NCBI GenBank assembly: GCA_037443185.1
Contig: JBBIOV010000003.1
Span: forward strand, 5,458 to 69,457
Source of the DNA: a bacterium
GTDB taxonomy: Bacteria; Patescibacteriota; Minisyncoccia; 2-01-FULL-47-10; JBBIMT01
Direction: 5' to 3'
Length of the DNA stretch: 64,000 nt
The position numbers were made by a program, and so were the translations under genes. The notes beneath the pieces are model-generated. The model saw only the letters and a list, made by a program, of their open reading frames with translations. It was not told the DNA's origin and made no database searches. This document shows positions 21,730 through 31,941 of the stretch, one piece after another. Numbering within the stretch: position 1 is the first letter of the stretch; the number at the start of each line of letters is the position of its first letter.

Positions 21730-22269
21730 ATGAAATTTTTATCATTTTCTCGTCAAATTATTTCAAAAGGAGCTTTGCCATTAAAAAAAATATTAAAATT
21801 AACAAAAGGTTCAAAATCAATAATTCTTTGTCCTAAATGTAATGCTGTCTTTTTTGAAAAGTCTTGGAAACATTTAAATGATAATCTTTTAAAATTCATA
21901 GAAGAAAATTCTCAAAAATCAAAAATATTAAAAAAGCTCTGCCCAGCTGATCAGATGATTGAAAATTGTCGCTTTGAAGGGGAAATAATAATAAAAAATT
22001 TACCCTCCAATCAAAATAGAAGACAAGAAATTTTAAACATTATTAAAAACATTGCCCAAAAAGCTTATGAACGAGATCCATTGGATAGACTAATCTCTAT
22101 TGAAGATAAAGGAGTTTTCTTGCGAGTTCTTTTAACAGACAATAATTTGGCTTTAAGTATGGGCAAACAAATTGTACATGCTTTTAAAGGAAGTTTCAAA
22201 GTTCATTTTTCAAGATTAAGAAAATTAGCACATGTGGAAATTAACCTTGAGCAAAAAAATCCCGCTTGA
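21730..22269 (+). CDS. BCAM0308-like Zn-binding protein
   Basis: CPKCNAVFFEKSW, LCPAD...EGEIII and RDPLDRLI motifs. Confidence 0.65.
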   Translation: MKFLSFSRQIISKGALPLKKILKLTKGSKSIILCPKCNAVFFEKSWKHLNDNLLKFIEENSQKSKILKKLCPADQMIENCRFEGEIIIKNLPSNQNRRQEILNIIKNIAQKAYERDPLDRLISIEDKGVFLRVLLTDNNLALSMGKQIVHAFKGSFKVHFSRLRKLAHVEINLEQKNPA

Positions 22270-23578
22270 GATTTTAGAAAAGATTTTGTTGACTGTTTTG
22301 ATATTTACCATTCCTTTTAATACACGCAAATTTATTTATAGCGAATTAAAAGGAAATGATTTTTTTACGATTTTTATTTATTTAAGCGATATTTTATTAT
22401 TATTAATTTTTGCTCTAAGAATCTGGCGAGGTAATTTAGCCAAATTGAAATTTGATGGAGTTGTTTTGCTTGTTTTAGGATTTCTGATAGTAACTTTTTT
22501 CTCTTTATTAATCCATTATAATTTTTTATCTTTTTACTATTTTTTTAAAATAGTCCTTGGCATTTTATTATTTTTTTACATTTATTTTTATTTTGAAAAA
22601 GATTGGGGCAGTTTTTTGTTAAGAATTTTTATTTTCTCTGCTGTGTTGCAAAGCTTAATTGCGATTGGACAATTTTTTCTCCAAAGCGATTTTGGTTTAA
22701 AAATTTTAGGCGAACCTCAGTTAGCACCTGATGTCGCTGGGGTAGCTAAAATAAATACAGATTTGGGAAAATTTATTAGGGCTTATGGTACTTTAGTGCA
22801 TCCTAATGTTTTGGGAGCTTTTTTGATAGCGTCAATAGCAGCGCTTGTGTATAAAATGTTTTTTTTAAAAAAAAGCAAAATAGATTATTTATTCTTAACT
22901 CTTATCATCGGAGCGCTTTTTTTTAGTTTTTCTCGAGCGGCATATTTGGCTTTTTTCATTTTTAACTTTTTGCTTTTATTTTATATTATAAAATTTTATA
23001 GAGTTTGGCTTAAAAAAAATTATTTTTATATCCCAGTGATTTTAGTAGTTATTTTTTTGCTAATATTGTTTTTTAAACCATTTTTTATAGACAGATTTCA
23101 TTTAGAAAAAGACGATAGTTTAAGATGGCGTTCTTTTTATAGTAGGATAGCGGTAAATATGATAAAAAATAATTTTTTATTAGGGGTAGGTCCTGGTAAT
23201 TTTGTAAGAAAATTGAATAATTATACAGACAAACCGTTAAAAAATTTCTGGGAATTCCAACCAGTTCATAATGTTTTTTTGTTAATTTCAGCTGAAAATG
23301 GACTGTTGGCGTTAGTTTTTTTTGTTGTTTTTTTCTTTTATTGTATTTTGCATCTGCTGAAAAGTGCTATAAAAAATAAAGATTTAACAGCTGCTTTTTT
23401 ATTTTGTCTATTAATGTCTTTTTTTATTTTAATGCTTTTTGATCATTATTTTTGGTCGATTTGGCAAGGATTTTTGCTTTTGTGTATAACTTTGGGGATG
23501 ACTTGTAGATATCTTTTTTATTTAAAGCAAAACAATGTAAATTTTCAAAGCCCGAACTCAATTAAAACGATGATCTGA
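22232..23578 (+). CDS. O-antigen ligase/Wzy-family membrane protein
   Basis: RAYGTLVHPNVLG, FSRAA, GVGPGNF and QPVHNVFLLISAENG motifs; polytopic. Confidence 0.88.
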   Translation: MWKLTLSKKIPLEILEKILLTVLIFTIPFNTRKFIYSELKGNDFFTIFIYLSDILLLLIFALRIWRGNLAKLKFDGVVLLVLGFLIVTFFSLLIHYNFLSFYYFFKIVLGILLFFYIYFYFEKDWGSFLLRIFIFSAVLQSLIAIGQFFLQSDFGLKILGEPQLAPDVAGVAKINTDLGKFIRAYGTLVHPNVLGAFLIASIAALVYKMFFLKKSKIDYLFLTLIIGALFFSFSRAAYLAFFIFNFLLLFYIIKFYRVWLKKNYFYIPVILVVIFLLILFFKPFFIDRFHLEKDDSLRWRSFYSRIAVNMIKNNFLLGVGPGNFVRKLNNYTDKPLKNFWEFQPVHNVFLLISAENGLLALVFFVVFFFYCILHLLKSAIKNKDLTAAFLFCLLMSFFILMLFDHYFWSIWQGFLLLCITLGMTCRYLFYLKQNNVNFQSPNSIKTMI

Positions 23579-23628
23579 CGAAAATAAATTATTGTTTTAA
23601 TAATATTTGTAGAATATAATTATTAGTA

Positions 23629-25980
23629 ATGATGATAATATTTATATTATTTATTTTATTTTTTTTGCCTTTTTTTGCTCTTGGAGCGCCACCACAAATT
23701 TTATCATTTGATATCCAAGAAAGTGGCCCTTTTTATCAAGGACAGACAATTACCTTTAAATATAACATTTGTGATTCTGACAATGATATCACGGAAGCTT
23801 CTTTGTCTTATGGCGACGGCATAGTCGATTTTTTAAATTTTCAAAATTGTCTTTTAAGCCAACAAACTCATCTTTTTCAAACAAGCGGACTTTTCACTGT
23901 TACTTTGCGCGCAAAAGATAGTAGCGGTAACCAAATCACTCAAACGAAAAATATTGAGATTTTAATAAATTTCCCACCTGAGATTAAAAAATTTTCTTTT
24001 TCTTCAAAAAGCGTTTTTTCTTCAGGAGGAACAATTTTTTTTGAAATTATTGCCTGTCCCCCTGATAAAAACGATGTTCTTGCCGGCTTTATTGATTTTG
24101 GAGATAACACTAATTTAAGTTTTAGCCCCAAATGCGAGTTATCAAATCCAACCATTATTGCGCATCAATATTTAGGTCCTGGTATTTATCCAATTAAATT
24201 AATAGTTCAAGATGCGCGCGGATTAAGATCAGAAAAATCTTTAAAAATTACTATAAAACCTCCTTTAGGCGTAAAGGTAAATTTTCCTCCAGAAATTAAA
24301 CGCTTTTCTTTATCTTCAAAAAGTCAGCTATTTACCGGTGGGATTGTGTATTTTGAAATCAATATTTGTGATCCCAATGATACTAATTTTATTGCCGCAA
24401 GTCTTGATTTTGGAGATGGGCAGATTCAAAATTTTACTCCAACTTGTGACGCGGTGACTCCTACTATAATTACTCATCAATACTTTAGTGCTAAAAATTA
24501 TAAAGCAAAGTTAACTGCTCAAGATCAATTTGGATTGAAAACTGAAAAATTGCTTAATTTTACAATCAAGAGTCAAAATATCGTACAACCTAATTTTCCC
24601 CCGGAAATAAAACGATTTAATATTTCCTCGCGCAGTCAATTTTTCCCAGGAGGAATCGTTTATTTTGAGATTAATGTTTGTGATCCTAATATTTCGGATT
24701 TGGTAGCGGCAAATTTAGATTTTGGAGATGGCACAAATCAAAGTTTTACGCCAAGTTGTTTAAGTTCAGAACCAAATATTCTCTCTCACCAATATTTGCT
24801 TTCTAATAACTACAAAGCCACATTAACAGCTAAAGATCAAGCAGGGCTACAAAGTCAGAAATCTTTATATTTTACTATAACTATTCCTGGTAATCGTGTG
24901 CCAGTAGCAAATTTTAGTTTCACTCCATCAGCGCCTCAAGCTGAATCTACGGTATATTTTATTGATAAATCAACTGATAATGATAAGGTATCTTCCATTA
25001 CCTCTTGGCAGTGGGATTTTGGAGATGGATTCACCTCAACAGTGCAACATCCTACTCATACTTATGCCAAAAGCGGGAGTTATAAAGTATCTTTAGTAGT
25101 TAAAGATAGCGGCAATCTAAGCTCGCGTGCTGAAAAAATTATAAGTATAAAAGATGTGCCCAATAACCCACCAATTGCCAATTTTACTTTTTCGCCACAA
25201 TATCCCAAAATAAATCAAATTATTTATTTTACTGATAAATCTTATGATAATGATAAAGAACGCGGTGGCTATATCAAGTCATGGTACTGGTCTTTTGGCG
25301 ATGGAGAAACATCAACATTACAACATCCAACTAAAATTTACAACAAAAGTGGCAATTTTAAAGTTCGATTAACTGTTACAGATAATGGTGGTTTAAGCTC
25401 TTCTTTTTCTCAAAATATTTCTATTCCTTTAGGCGGTATCATAACCCAATTTAAAAAATCTGGCAAAGCTCATCAATCAATTGATAAAAATTATATCATC
25501 AAAAATGGGGATCTTGTTAAAGAAAGCTCAAGCGGAAAAATTTGGCATATCATTAATAATAAAAAGCACTGGATACCAAATGAAGAAATATTCAATCTTT
25601 ATGGTTTCTCATTTGACCAAATTCGTTTAGTTTCTTCTTCGCAGCTTGCTAAATTTAAACGAGCGGCTCTTTTAAAGAATCCTGTTGATGGAAAAATTTA
25701 CTATTTACATGCAGATGGTCGTAAACGTCACTTAAGGACCGCGCTGGTTTTTTTGTCTTATGGAAATAAATGGGAAGATGTGATAACGGTTTTGCCTGAA
25801 GAATTAGAAAGTTATCCGGATATAATGTTTATTAAATTGTCCGGTATTCCCAAAATTTTTATGATTGAAAATGGAGTTAAAAGACCAATTATCAATCCCG
25901 ATTCAGTTGCCAAGTCTGAAGCGGTTTTTGTTAATAAAATTGAATTTAATGCCTATCTTAATGGTCCTCCTATTGATTAA
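23629..25980 (+). CDS. Secreted multi-PKD-domain surface protein
   Basis: Signal peptide, six PKD-like repeats (DFGDG; last two canonical W.FGDG) and a C-terminal repeat region (GDLVK...KKHWIPNEEIF). Confidence 0.85.
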   Translation: MMIIFILFILFFLPFFALGAPPQILSFDIQESGPFYQGQTITFKYNICDSDNDITEASLSYGDGIVDFLNFQNCLLSQQTHLFQTSGLFTVTLRAKDSSGNQITQTKNIEILINFPPEIKKFSFSSKSVFSSGGTIFFEIIACPPDKNDVLAGFIDFGDNTNLSFSPKCELSNPTIIAHQYLGPGIYPIKLIVQDARGLRSEKSLKITIKPPLGVKVNFPPEIKRFSLSSKSQLFTGGIVYFEINICDPNDTNFIAASLDFGDGQIQNFTPTCDAVTPTIITHQYFSAKNYKAKLTAQDQFGLKTEKLLNFTIKSQNIVQPNFPPEIKRFNISSRSQFFPGGIVYFEINVCDPNISDLVAANLDFGDGTNQSFTPSCLSSEPNILSHQYLLSNNYKATLTAKDQAGLQSQKSLYFTITIPGNRVPVANFSFTPSAPQAESTVYFIDKSTDNDKVSSITSWQWDFGDGFTSTVQHPTHTYAKSGSYKVSLVVKDSGNLSSRAEKIISIKDVPNNPPIANFTFSPQYPKINQIIYFTDKSYDNDKERGGYIKSWYWSFGDGETSTLQHPTKIYNKSGNFKVRLTVTDNGGLSSSFSQNISIPLGGIITQFKKSGKAHQSIDKNYIIKNGDLVKESSSGKIWHIINNKKHWIPNEEIFNLYGFSFDQIRLVSSSQLAKFKRAALLKNPVDGKIYYLHADGRKRHLRTALVFLSYGNKWEDVITVLPEELESYPDIMFIKLSGIPKIFMIENGVKRPIINPDSVAKSEAVFVNKIEFNAYLNGPPID

Positions 25981-26036
25981 ATTTCAAGTTAGGATTATAA
26001 TTATATTAAAACAAAATAATAATTAATTTTTTAAAT

Positions 26037-26420
26037 ATGATGCCACATATTTCTTATGAAAAATATTCTACAATATTTATTATTATCTCGCTTGCGTTAA
26101 TAACTATTATTTTGCTTTTGCAGACACTTGATATAAATTTTAGTTTTTCATTTGGGTTAAAATCAGCGCTTGAGAAAATAAATCAATCATTAAATGACAT
26201 CAACAATTCTGTAAATGAACTTCAAACTAATTTAAATCAGCTGAATATGTCGATGATGCCGCCTTCCCCTCCGGAAATATATTTTAACAGTGATATCGCT
26301 GAGGCGTCTGATGCAGATGTATCTGATTTTTCTGAGGGATGTGATCTTGAAGGACTAACTGATGTAGAAATAGAAAATTTAACCGATGAAGAACTTCAGG
26401 TTTTATGTCCGGGTTTTTAA
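26037..26420 (+). CDS. Hypothetical membrane-anchored protein
   Basis: N-terminal TM, short coiled coil, Pro linker and an acidic tail with 2 Cys. Confidence 0.65.
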   Translation: MMPHISYEKYSTIFIIISLALITIILLLQTLDINFSFSFGLKSALEKINQSLNDINNSVNELQTNLNQLNMSMMPPSPPEIYFNSDIAEASDADVSDFSEGCDLEGLTDVEIENLTDEELQVLCPGF

Positions 26421-26438
26421 AAATAACTTTATTTTTAT

Positions 26439-27131
26439 TTAGGTTCCAAAACGTCTAAATCTATTTTCAAACCATTTGATTGCTTGATCAAAATCCTTGC
26501 TTGAAAATTCAGGCCAAAATTTTTCAATAAAATAAATTTCTGAATAAACACTTTGCCAAGTTAAAAATCCTGAAAGTCGTTGTTCTCCGGATGTTCTGAT
26601 TATTAAATCTGGATCTTGAATACCAGCTGTGTCTAAATAATTGGAAATTAATGCTTCATCTATTTTATCAGCACTTATTTTTTCTTGAACAATTTTTTTA
26701 AAAGCTCTAACTAACTCATCTCTACCTCCGTAACTTAAAGCAATATTTAAAAAATGATTGCTATTTTTTTTTGTTTTATCCATAATTTCCAGCATTTTTT
26801 TTTGCATTTTAAAAGGAAACCTTTTTAAATCACCGATAAATCGTATCTGAATTTTATATTTTTCATTCTCTGCTTCTCTTTTTTTCATTTCATTTACAGC
26901 ATGATTGAAAATTTTCATCATATAAGTCACTTCTTCTTTGGGACGGCCCCAGTTTTCAGTAGAAAAAGCGAAAAAGGTCAAAGCTCTAATTTTTTTTTCT
27001 TTGAAAGCATATTCAGTAATTTTTTTGAAATTTTCGTACCCTTTTTTATGCCCTTGCATAAGTGGCAAGTTATTCTTTCTTGCCCAGCGACGATTGCCAT
27101 CCATTATGATACCGATATGTAAATTAGACAT
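26439..27131 (-). CDS. uppS: Undecaprenyl diphosphate synthase
   Basis: HIGIIMDGNRRWA, FSTENW and DPDLIIRTSGEQRLSGFL motifs. Confidence 0.96.
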   Translation of the reverse strand: MSNLHIGIIMDGNRRWARKNNLPLMQGHKKGYENFKKITEYAFKEKKIRALTFFAFSTENWGRPKEEVTYMMKIFNHAVNEMKKREAENEKYKIQIRFIGDLKRFPFKMQKKMLEIMDKTKKNSNHFLNIALSYGGRDELVRAFKKIVQEKISADKIDEALISNYLDTAGIQDPDLIIRTSGEQRLSGFLTWQSVYSEIYFIEKFWPEFSSKDFDQAIKWFENRFRRFGT

Positions 27132-27278
27132 AATTTGAAAAGTTGTTTAAGATGTTTAATTATTAGAATTATCTGACATTTTTTTTAAAGATATCAGATT
27201 CTGATTTAGGGTTTTAAAATATTATTTGTGTTGTATCAGCAAGTAAACTTAAGTTGAAATAAAATATTTAATTTATTG

Positions 27279-28799
27279 TTATTCAAATAAATGCTTTATT
27301 TCGCTTGTAATTGTCATTTTTTCGTATCCCCAAGACAATCTTTTTTCTAAAGCGCCAGTAGGTAATTTTTCAAAAGTATCAAGTCCCAATACTTTTCTTA
27401 TTTTAAAAGAGGTCTCTGGCATAAGAGGGAATATTAGTATAGATAAAAGTCTTAAATTTTCAATCGAAAAATTAATAATATTTTTTAATTTAGGCTCATC
27501 TATCTTTAAAGACCAGGGTTTTTCTCTATCAAATAAAATATCCACTAATGTAATATTGTGTAGTATAGCCGAAATTGCTTTTTCAGTATCTATGGTTTTT
27601 ATTGCCTCGAAATAATTGTTGATATTTTGGATAACCTGTTTTTGTAAATCAGGAAAATCTTCTTTTGAAGGATTGATATTTTTAATGTTGTGTTTTAAAG
27701 CCACTGTTAATACTCGGCTAAATAAATTCCCTAATCCAAATTTTAAATCAGCATTATAAGTATCTTCTAATTTTTTCATCTGGATATCACTATCATTTTC
27801 TCTGGGAAGAGACTTTAAAAGTAAATAGCGCGTGCCATCAACTCCGAATTTATCAATTAGTTCAGAAGGACTTATTATATTGCTTAAAGATTTAGACATT
27901 TTTTTCCCTTCTACTGTGAAGAAGCTATGAACAAAGAGCGCTTGCGGTGGTTTTAATCCTACAGCTAGTAAAAGTGCTGGCCAAATAATACAATGAAAAC
28001 GAGCAATATCTTTGCCAAGCAAATGTAAATTAGCAGGCCAAAACTGATAAAACATTTCTTCATTTTGTCCAAATCCAATAATACTGATATAATTAATTAA
28101 AGCGTCAATCCAAACATAAGTTATTTGATTTTGATCAAAAGGTAAAGGTATGCCCCAAAAAACGCTTTGACGCGAAATAGAAACATCTTTTAGTCCTTGA
28201 TTCAAAAAACTTAAAATTTCGTTTTTGCGATTTTCTGGAAAAATATATATCTGATTAGAAGCAATTTTTTCTTTTAAAATGTCTGAAAATCGAGAAAGCG
28301 CAAAAAACCAGTTTTCCTCTTCAATTAGCTTTACAGGCTGTCGATGGATTTTGCAATTTCCATTTTCATCTAAATCAGTTTTTTCATAAAAAGATTCACA
28401 ACCGTTGCAATAAAATCCTCTATAGCTACCTTTATATATATATTCAGAATCTTTTAACTTGGATAAAAATAAAATGACGGCTTTTTTGTGTCTATCTTCT
28501 TCAGTGCGGATAAAATCATCAAAACTGATATTTAAATTTTGCCAATTTTGTTTAAAATTAAGAGAGAGGATTTTCACAAAATCTTCAGGGGTTTTCCCTG
28601 CTAGGGCTGCGGCTTGGGCGATTTTTGAACCATGCTCGTCAGTACCTACGGCAAAAAATACCTTTTTGCCATCTAAACGATAAAAACGCGCTAAAAAATC
28701 CGCAGTTACAGTAGTCAAAGCGCTACCTATATGAGGTTTATCGTTGACATAATAAATGGGAGTGGTTATAAAAAAAGTGTTACTGCTTGTTTTTTCCAT
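27279..28799 (-). CDS. metG: Methionine-tRNA ligase
   Basis: ITTPIYYVNDKPHIG (HIGH-like), GTDEHG, YVWIDAL and KMSKS motifs. Confidence 0.96.
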   Translation of the reverse strand: MEKTSSNTFFITTPIYYVNDKPHIGSALTTVTADFLARFYRLDGKKVFFAVGTDEHGSKIAQAAALAGKTPEDFVKILSLNFKQNWQNLNISFDDFIRTEEDRHKKAVILFLSKLKDSEYIYKGSYRGFYCNGCESFYEKTDLDENGNCKIHRQPVKLIEEENWFFALSRFSDILKEKIASNQIYIFPENRKNEILSFLNQGLKDVSISRQSVFWGIPLPFDQNQITYVWIDALINYISIIGFGQNEEMFYQFWPANLHLLGKDIARFHCIIWPALLLAVGLKPPQALFVHSFFTVEGKKMSKSLSNIISPSELIDKFGVDGTRYLLLKSLPRENDSDIQMKKLEDTYNADLKFGLGNLFSRVLTVALKHNIKNINPSKEDFPDLQKQVIQNINNYFEAIKTIDTEKAISAILHNITLVDILFDREKPWSLKIDEPKLKNIINFSIENLRLLSILIFPLMPETSFKIRKVLGLDTFEKLPTGALEKRLSWGYEKMTITSEIKHLFE

Positions 28800-28937
28800 A
28801 AAATAATCATTTCAAATATACCAGATTTTTTAAAAATTGCAAAATAATCATTTTAAACAGCTATAATCGCTACATTTTTGCTATATTTATTTTAAAATTT
28901 ATTGAGCTAATAATTCATTGCATTAAAAAGTAATATT

Positions 28938-30026
28938 ATGATTAAAAAAACATTCTCTTTATTTCTTTTAGGAGGAACATTGGGGATATTTTTTTTGCTT
29001 TTTCTTATAAAAGTTAATTCTCAAACCTCTGCCTCAATATGGATAGATGCTCAAAGAATTTTTTTAAACGGTAATCCAAGATTTTTAGATGGCACTTTTG
29101 TTAATCCAAATACAACGCCATTACAAGTGGTGATTTTTGATACAAATAATATCCGTCCTGTAAGAAAACAACCTTTAGATAGCTCTTTGGCTTTTTCTGT
29201 TTCAATGCTTTCTTGTTCTGATGTTTTTTTCTATGAGAGTGTATTTTCAGGTAAAATCATAAATTCAGCTTCAATTTCTCCTGGCAATGGCATCTCAAGA
29301 GACTTAATCGGTAATAATTTTAAATTAATTAATTGCGATAGTAATTTAGGCGATTTTAATGAAGTACGACTTGATGGATCAACGGTCAAAATTTTTTCTT
29401 CATCTAAGATATTACCGCTTATAAATGGCGTGAATATCAATATGAATAATACACCACTTGCGGTGGTTATTTTTGATGGCCGAACTTTTTTAAGGAGAGT
29501 ACCTTTAGTTTCTAATAATGATTCTTTTAGTATTTTAGAAGTTCCCTGTCTAACTAATGCAAGATGGTATTATGAGACTTTGTCAACTCATATTCCGGTA
29601 AACAGCGGTTTTTTAAATGCTGGTCCTGGGATAATAAAAAATTTTGCCGGTCAAAATTTTCAATTGGCATCTTGTAATAATCATCCACCACCACCTCAAG
29701 GTTCTTCAGTTTATTTAAATGGAACGCAAATAACATTAAATCCTTATTCAAATCAAGTGACTTTGGTAAACGGCAGTATTGTTAGTCCTTATTCTAATCC
29801 TCTTGAGGCTGTGATTTTTGATTTATTTGGCAGAGGCATTAGCTATGTTGTTTGGCTTGATTCTAATTTATCGTTTAATCGATCCCTTATCCCGACAGTG
29901 GGAAATTATGTTTGGTTTTATAGATTGCGTGGTGGTGGTATGGCGGTAAATAGCGGTACTTTAAGTCCCGGAACTTGTATCTCCTATGATTTAACAGGCG
30001 GAAACTTTCGTTTGGTATGCAACTAA
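28938..30026 (+). CDS. Secreted hypothetical protein with three tandem ~105-aa repeats
   Basis: Signal peptide. Three repeats share PL..VIFD, (W/F)(F/Y)Y, (I/V)NS and NF.L(.).C. Confidence 0.75.
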   Translation: MIKKTFSLFLLGGTLGIFFLLFLIKVNSQTSASIWIDAQRIFLNGNPRFLDGTFVNPNTTPLQVVIFDTNNIRPVRKQPLDSSLAFSVSMLSCSDVFFYESVFSGKIINSASISPGNGISRDLIGNNFKLINCDSNLGDFNEVRLDGSTVKIFSSSKILPLINGVNINMNNTPLAVVIFDGRTFLRRVPLVSNNDSFSILEVPCLTNARWYYETLSTHIPVNSGFLNAGPGIIKNFAGQNFQLASCNNHPPPPQGSSVYLNGTQITLNPYSNQVTLVNGSIVSPYSNPLEAVIFDLFGRGISYVVWLDSNLSFNRSLIPTVGNYVWFYRLRGGGMAVNSGTLSPGTCISYDLTGGNFRLVCN

Positions 30027-30112
30027 TTTATTTAAGCCTTAATTGGCAAAATTAAATATTGCTTATTAATTAAAAAAATAGTAAAATTAAGGTAAATATA
30101 ACAAAAAACAGT

Positions 30113-30892
30113 ATGGCAAATAATAATTTACTTGAAAATATACCAAAAAATGTTTCGTGGGCTTTAACTATTTTTTTAATTTTAGTGTCGATTGGACAAA
30201 TTTTTTCAATTATTAATGAAATTAAAAAAGGACGTTATATTGGCCAAGAGTTTGAAAGAGTGCATACCATTACAGTATCTGGTAAAGGGAAGATTGAAAG
30301 AGTGCCAGATTTAGCTGAAATGACAATTTCAGTTTTTTCAAAAAGCTTTGATTTAAAAAAAGCGCAAGAGGAAAATAGCATTAAAGCTAACGCTATTATC
30401 AATTTTTTAAGTCAACAAGGCATTAAAAAAGAAGATATCAAAACAAGTCAGTATAATATTTATCCCCAATATGATTACTCGCAATATGGTAGAAAATTTT
30501 TAGGATATGAAATTCGTAATTCTTTGAATGTTAAAGTTCGTGATTTTGGAAAAATAGGTTTAATCATCGAAAAAGCTGTGGAGCTTGGGGCTAATGAAGT
30601 TTATAATTTAATTTTTACTATTGATAAAAAAGAAGAAGTTCAAAACGAAGCTCGTAAGAAAGCAATCGATAATGCTCGCGAAAAAGCTAAAGTTTTAGCT
30701 GATCAACTGGGTGTCGTTTTAGTTCGTATTACTAATTTTTCTGAAAATTCTGATTATGATCTTGAGCGGTCATTTTACATTACTGAAAAAACAGGTATAG
30801 TTGGGGGCAGTAACGAAATGCCGCAAATTGAGCCTGGTCAAAATGAAATTAAATCAAGTGTATCGATTACTTACGAAATAGCAACAAAATAA
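30113..30892 (+). CDS. SIMPL (DUF541) domain protein
   Basis: TITVSGKG..PDLA, DIKTSQYNIYPQYDY, AIDNAREKA and IEPGQ motifs. Confidence 0.92.
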   Translation: MANNNLLENIPKNVSWALTIFLILVSIGQIFSIINEIKKGRYIGQEFERVHTITVSGKGKIERVPDLAEMTISVFSKSFDLKKAQEENSIKANAIINFLSQQGIKKEDIKTSQYNIYPQYDYSQYGRKFLGYEIRNSLNVKVRDFGKIGLIIEKAVELGANEVYNLIFTIDKKEEVQNEARKKAIDNAREKAKVLADQLGVVLVRITNFSENSDYDLERSFYITEKTGIVGGSNEMPQIEPGQNEIKSSVSITYEIATK

Positions 30893-30931
30893 AATTAGTT
30901 TGCTTACAAGATAATAAAAAAATAAAGTTCA

Positions 30932-31741
30932 ATGGCTCTGGCTACTTTAATTTTATATTCTTTAACTCAATTTTTTGGACTTTTTATTGCTAAAGAATTT
31001 TTGAGTTCTTGGAATCAAGAGGAAATTTTAAAAATTACGCAAGCTCAAAATCCACTTGGCTTTTTGATTTATACTTTTGCTTTTTTGTTTATTGTTCTTT
31101 CCTTGCTTTATTTTAGAAAAAGACTTAACTTTATTTTAAAGTATTTTATTGCTTTGATAGTTTGGGCTGGCATTGCAATTTCTTTTCAACTTTTTTCTCC
31201 AGTTTTGTTATCTTATTTATTGGCTATTTTTATTACTTGGTTATTTTTTATTTTGCGTGAGATTTGGTTTCATAATTTAGTTATAGTTTTTTCTGTGGCA
31301 GGAATCGCTGGATTGGCTGGTTTAAATTTTTCAATTTTTGGACTGATTTTCATTTTAGCGGCAGTATCTATTTACGATTATTGGTTAATAAAATCGAAAC
31401 GCCATTTGATTTATATTGCTGAGAATTTTTTAAAAGAACATATATTTTTAGGACTTGTAGCTCCTAAGCATTGCCGAGGATATTTTTGTAGTTTTCAAAA
31501 AGAAGATTTTAAACATAATAATTACATTTTACTGGGCGCTGGAGATTTGGCCTTTCCTTTAATGTTTGCAACATCAGTTCTAAAAAATTACGGTTTAAAT
31601 GAGGCGATAATTGTTGCGTTTTTTGGCATTATCGGTTTATTTTTTGTAAAATATTTCGCAAAAAAGTCTCGTTTAATTCCAGCCCTTATTCCAATTACCG
31701 CCTTTTTAATGTTAGGTTATATTTTCACGATATTATTTTAA
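30932..31741 (+). CDS. Presenilin/signal-peptide-peptidase family (A22) intramembrane aspartyl protease
   Basis: Polytopic, with YD (SIYDY), GxGD (LGAGDL) and PAL (IPAL) motifs in the canonical order. Confidence 0.8.
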   Translation: MALATLILYSLTQFFGLFIAKEFLSSWNQEEILKITQAQNPLGFLIYTFAFLFIVLSLLYFRKRLNFILKYFIALIVWAGIAISFQLFSPVLLSYLLAIFITWLFFILREIWFHNLVIVFSVAGIAGLAGLNFSIFGLIFILAAVSIYDYWLIKSKRHLIYIAENFLKEHIFLGLVAPKHCRGYFCSFQKEDFKHNNYILLGAGDLAFPLMFATSVLKNYGLNEAIIVAFFGIIGLFFVKYFAKKSRLIPALIPITAFLMLGYIFTILF

Positions 31742-31941
31742 TTGGACTTTTTAAATTTTTGGCTTGCGATGCTAAAGAAATTAAGAAAGATTGGCAAATA
31801 GATACATTAGTGTTTGAATTTTGGACTTTTGTCGTTTAGCAAAAACAGATTTTAAAAAGGTTTAAGTTGCAATTTTTTTGTTTTTATGTATCATTAACTA
31901 TAAAGATAACCTTCATCAAAAACGATGAAGTTTTTTTAATT

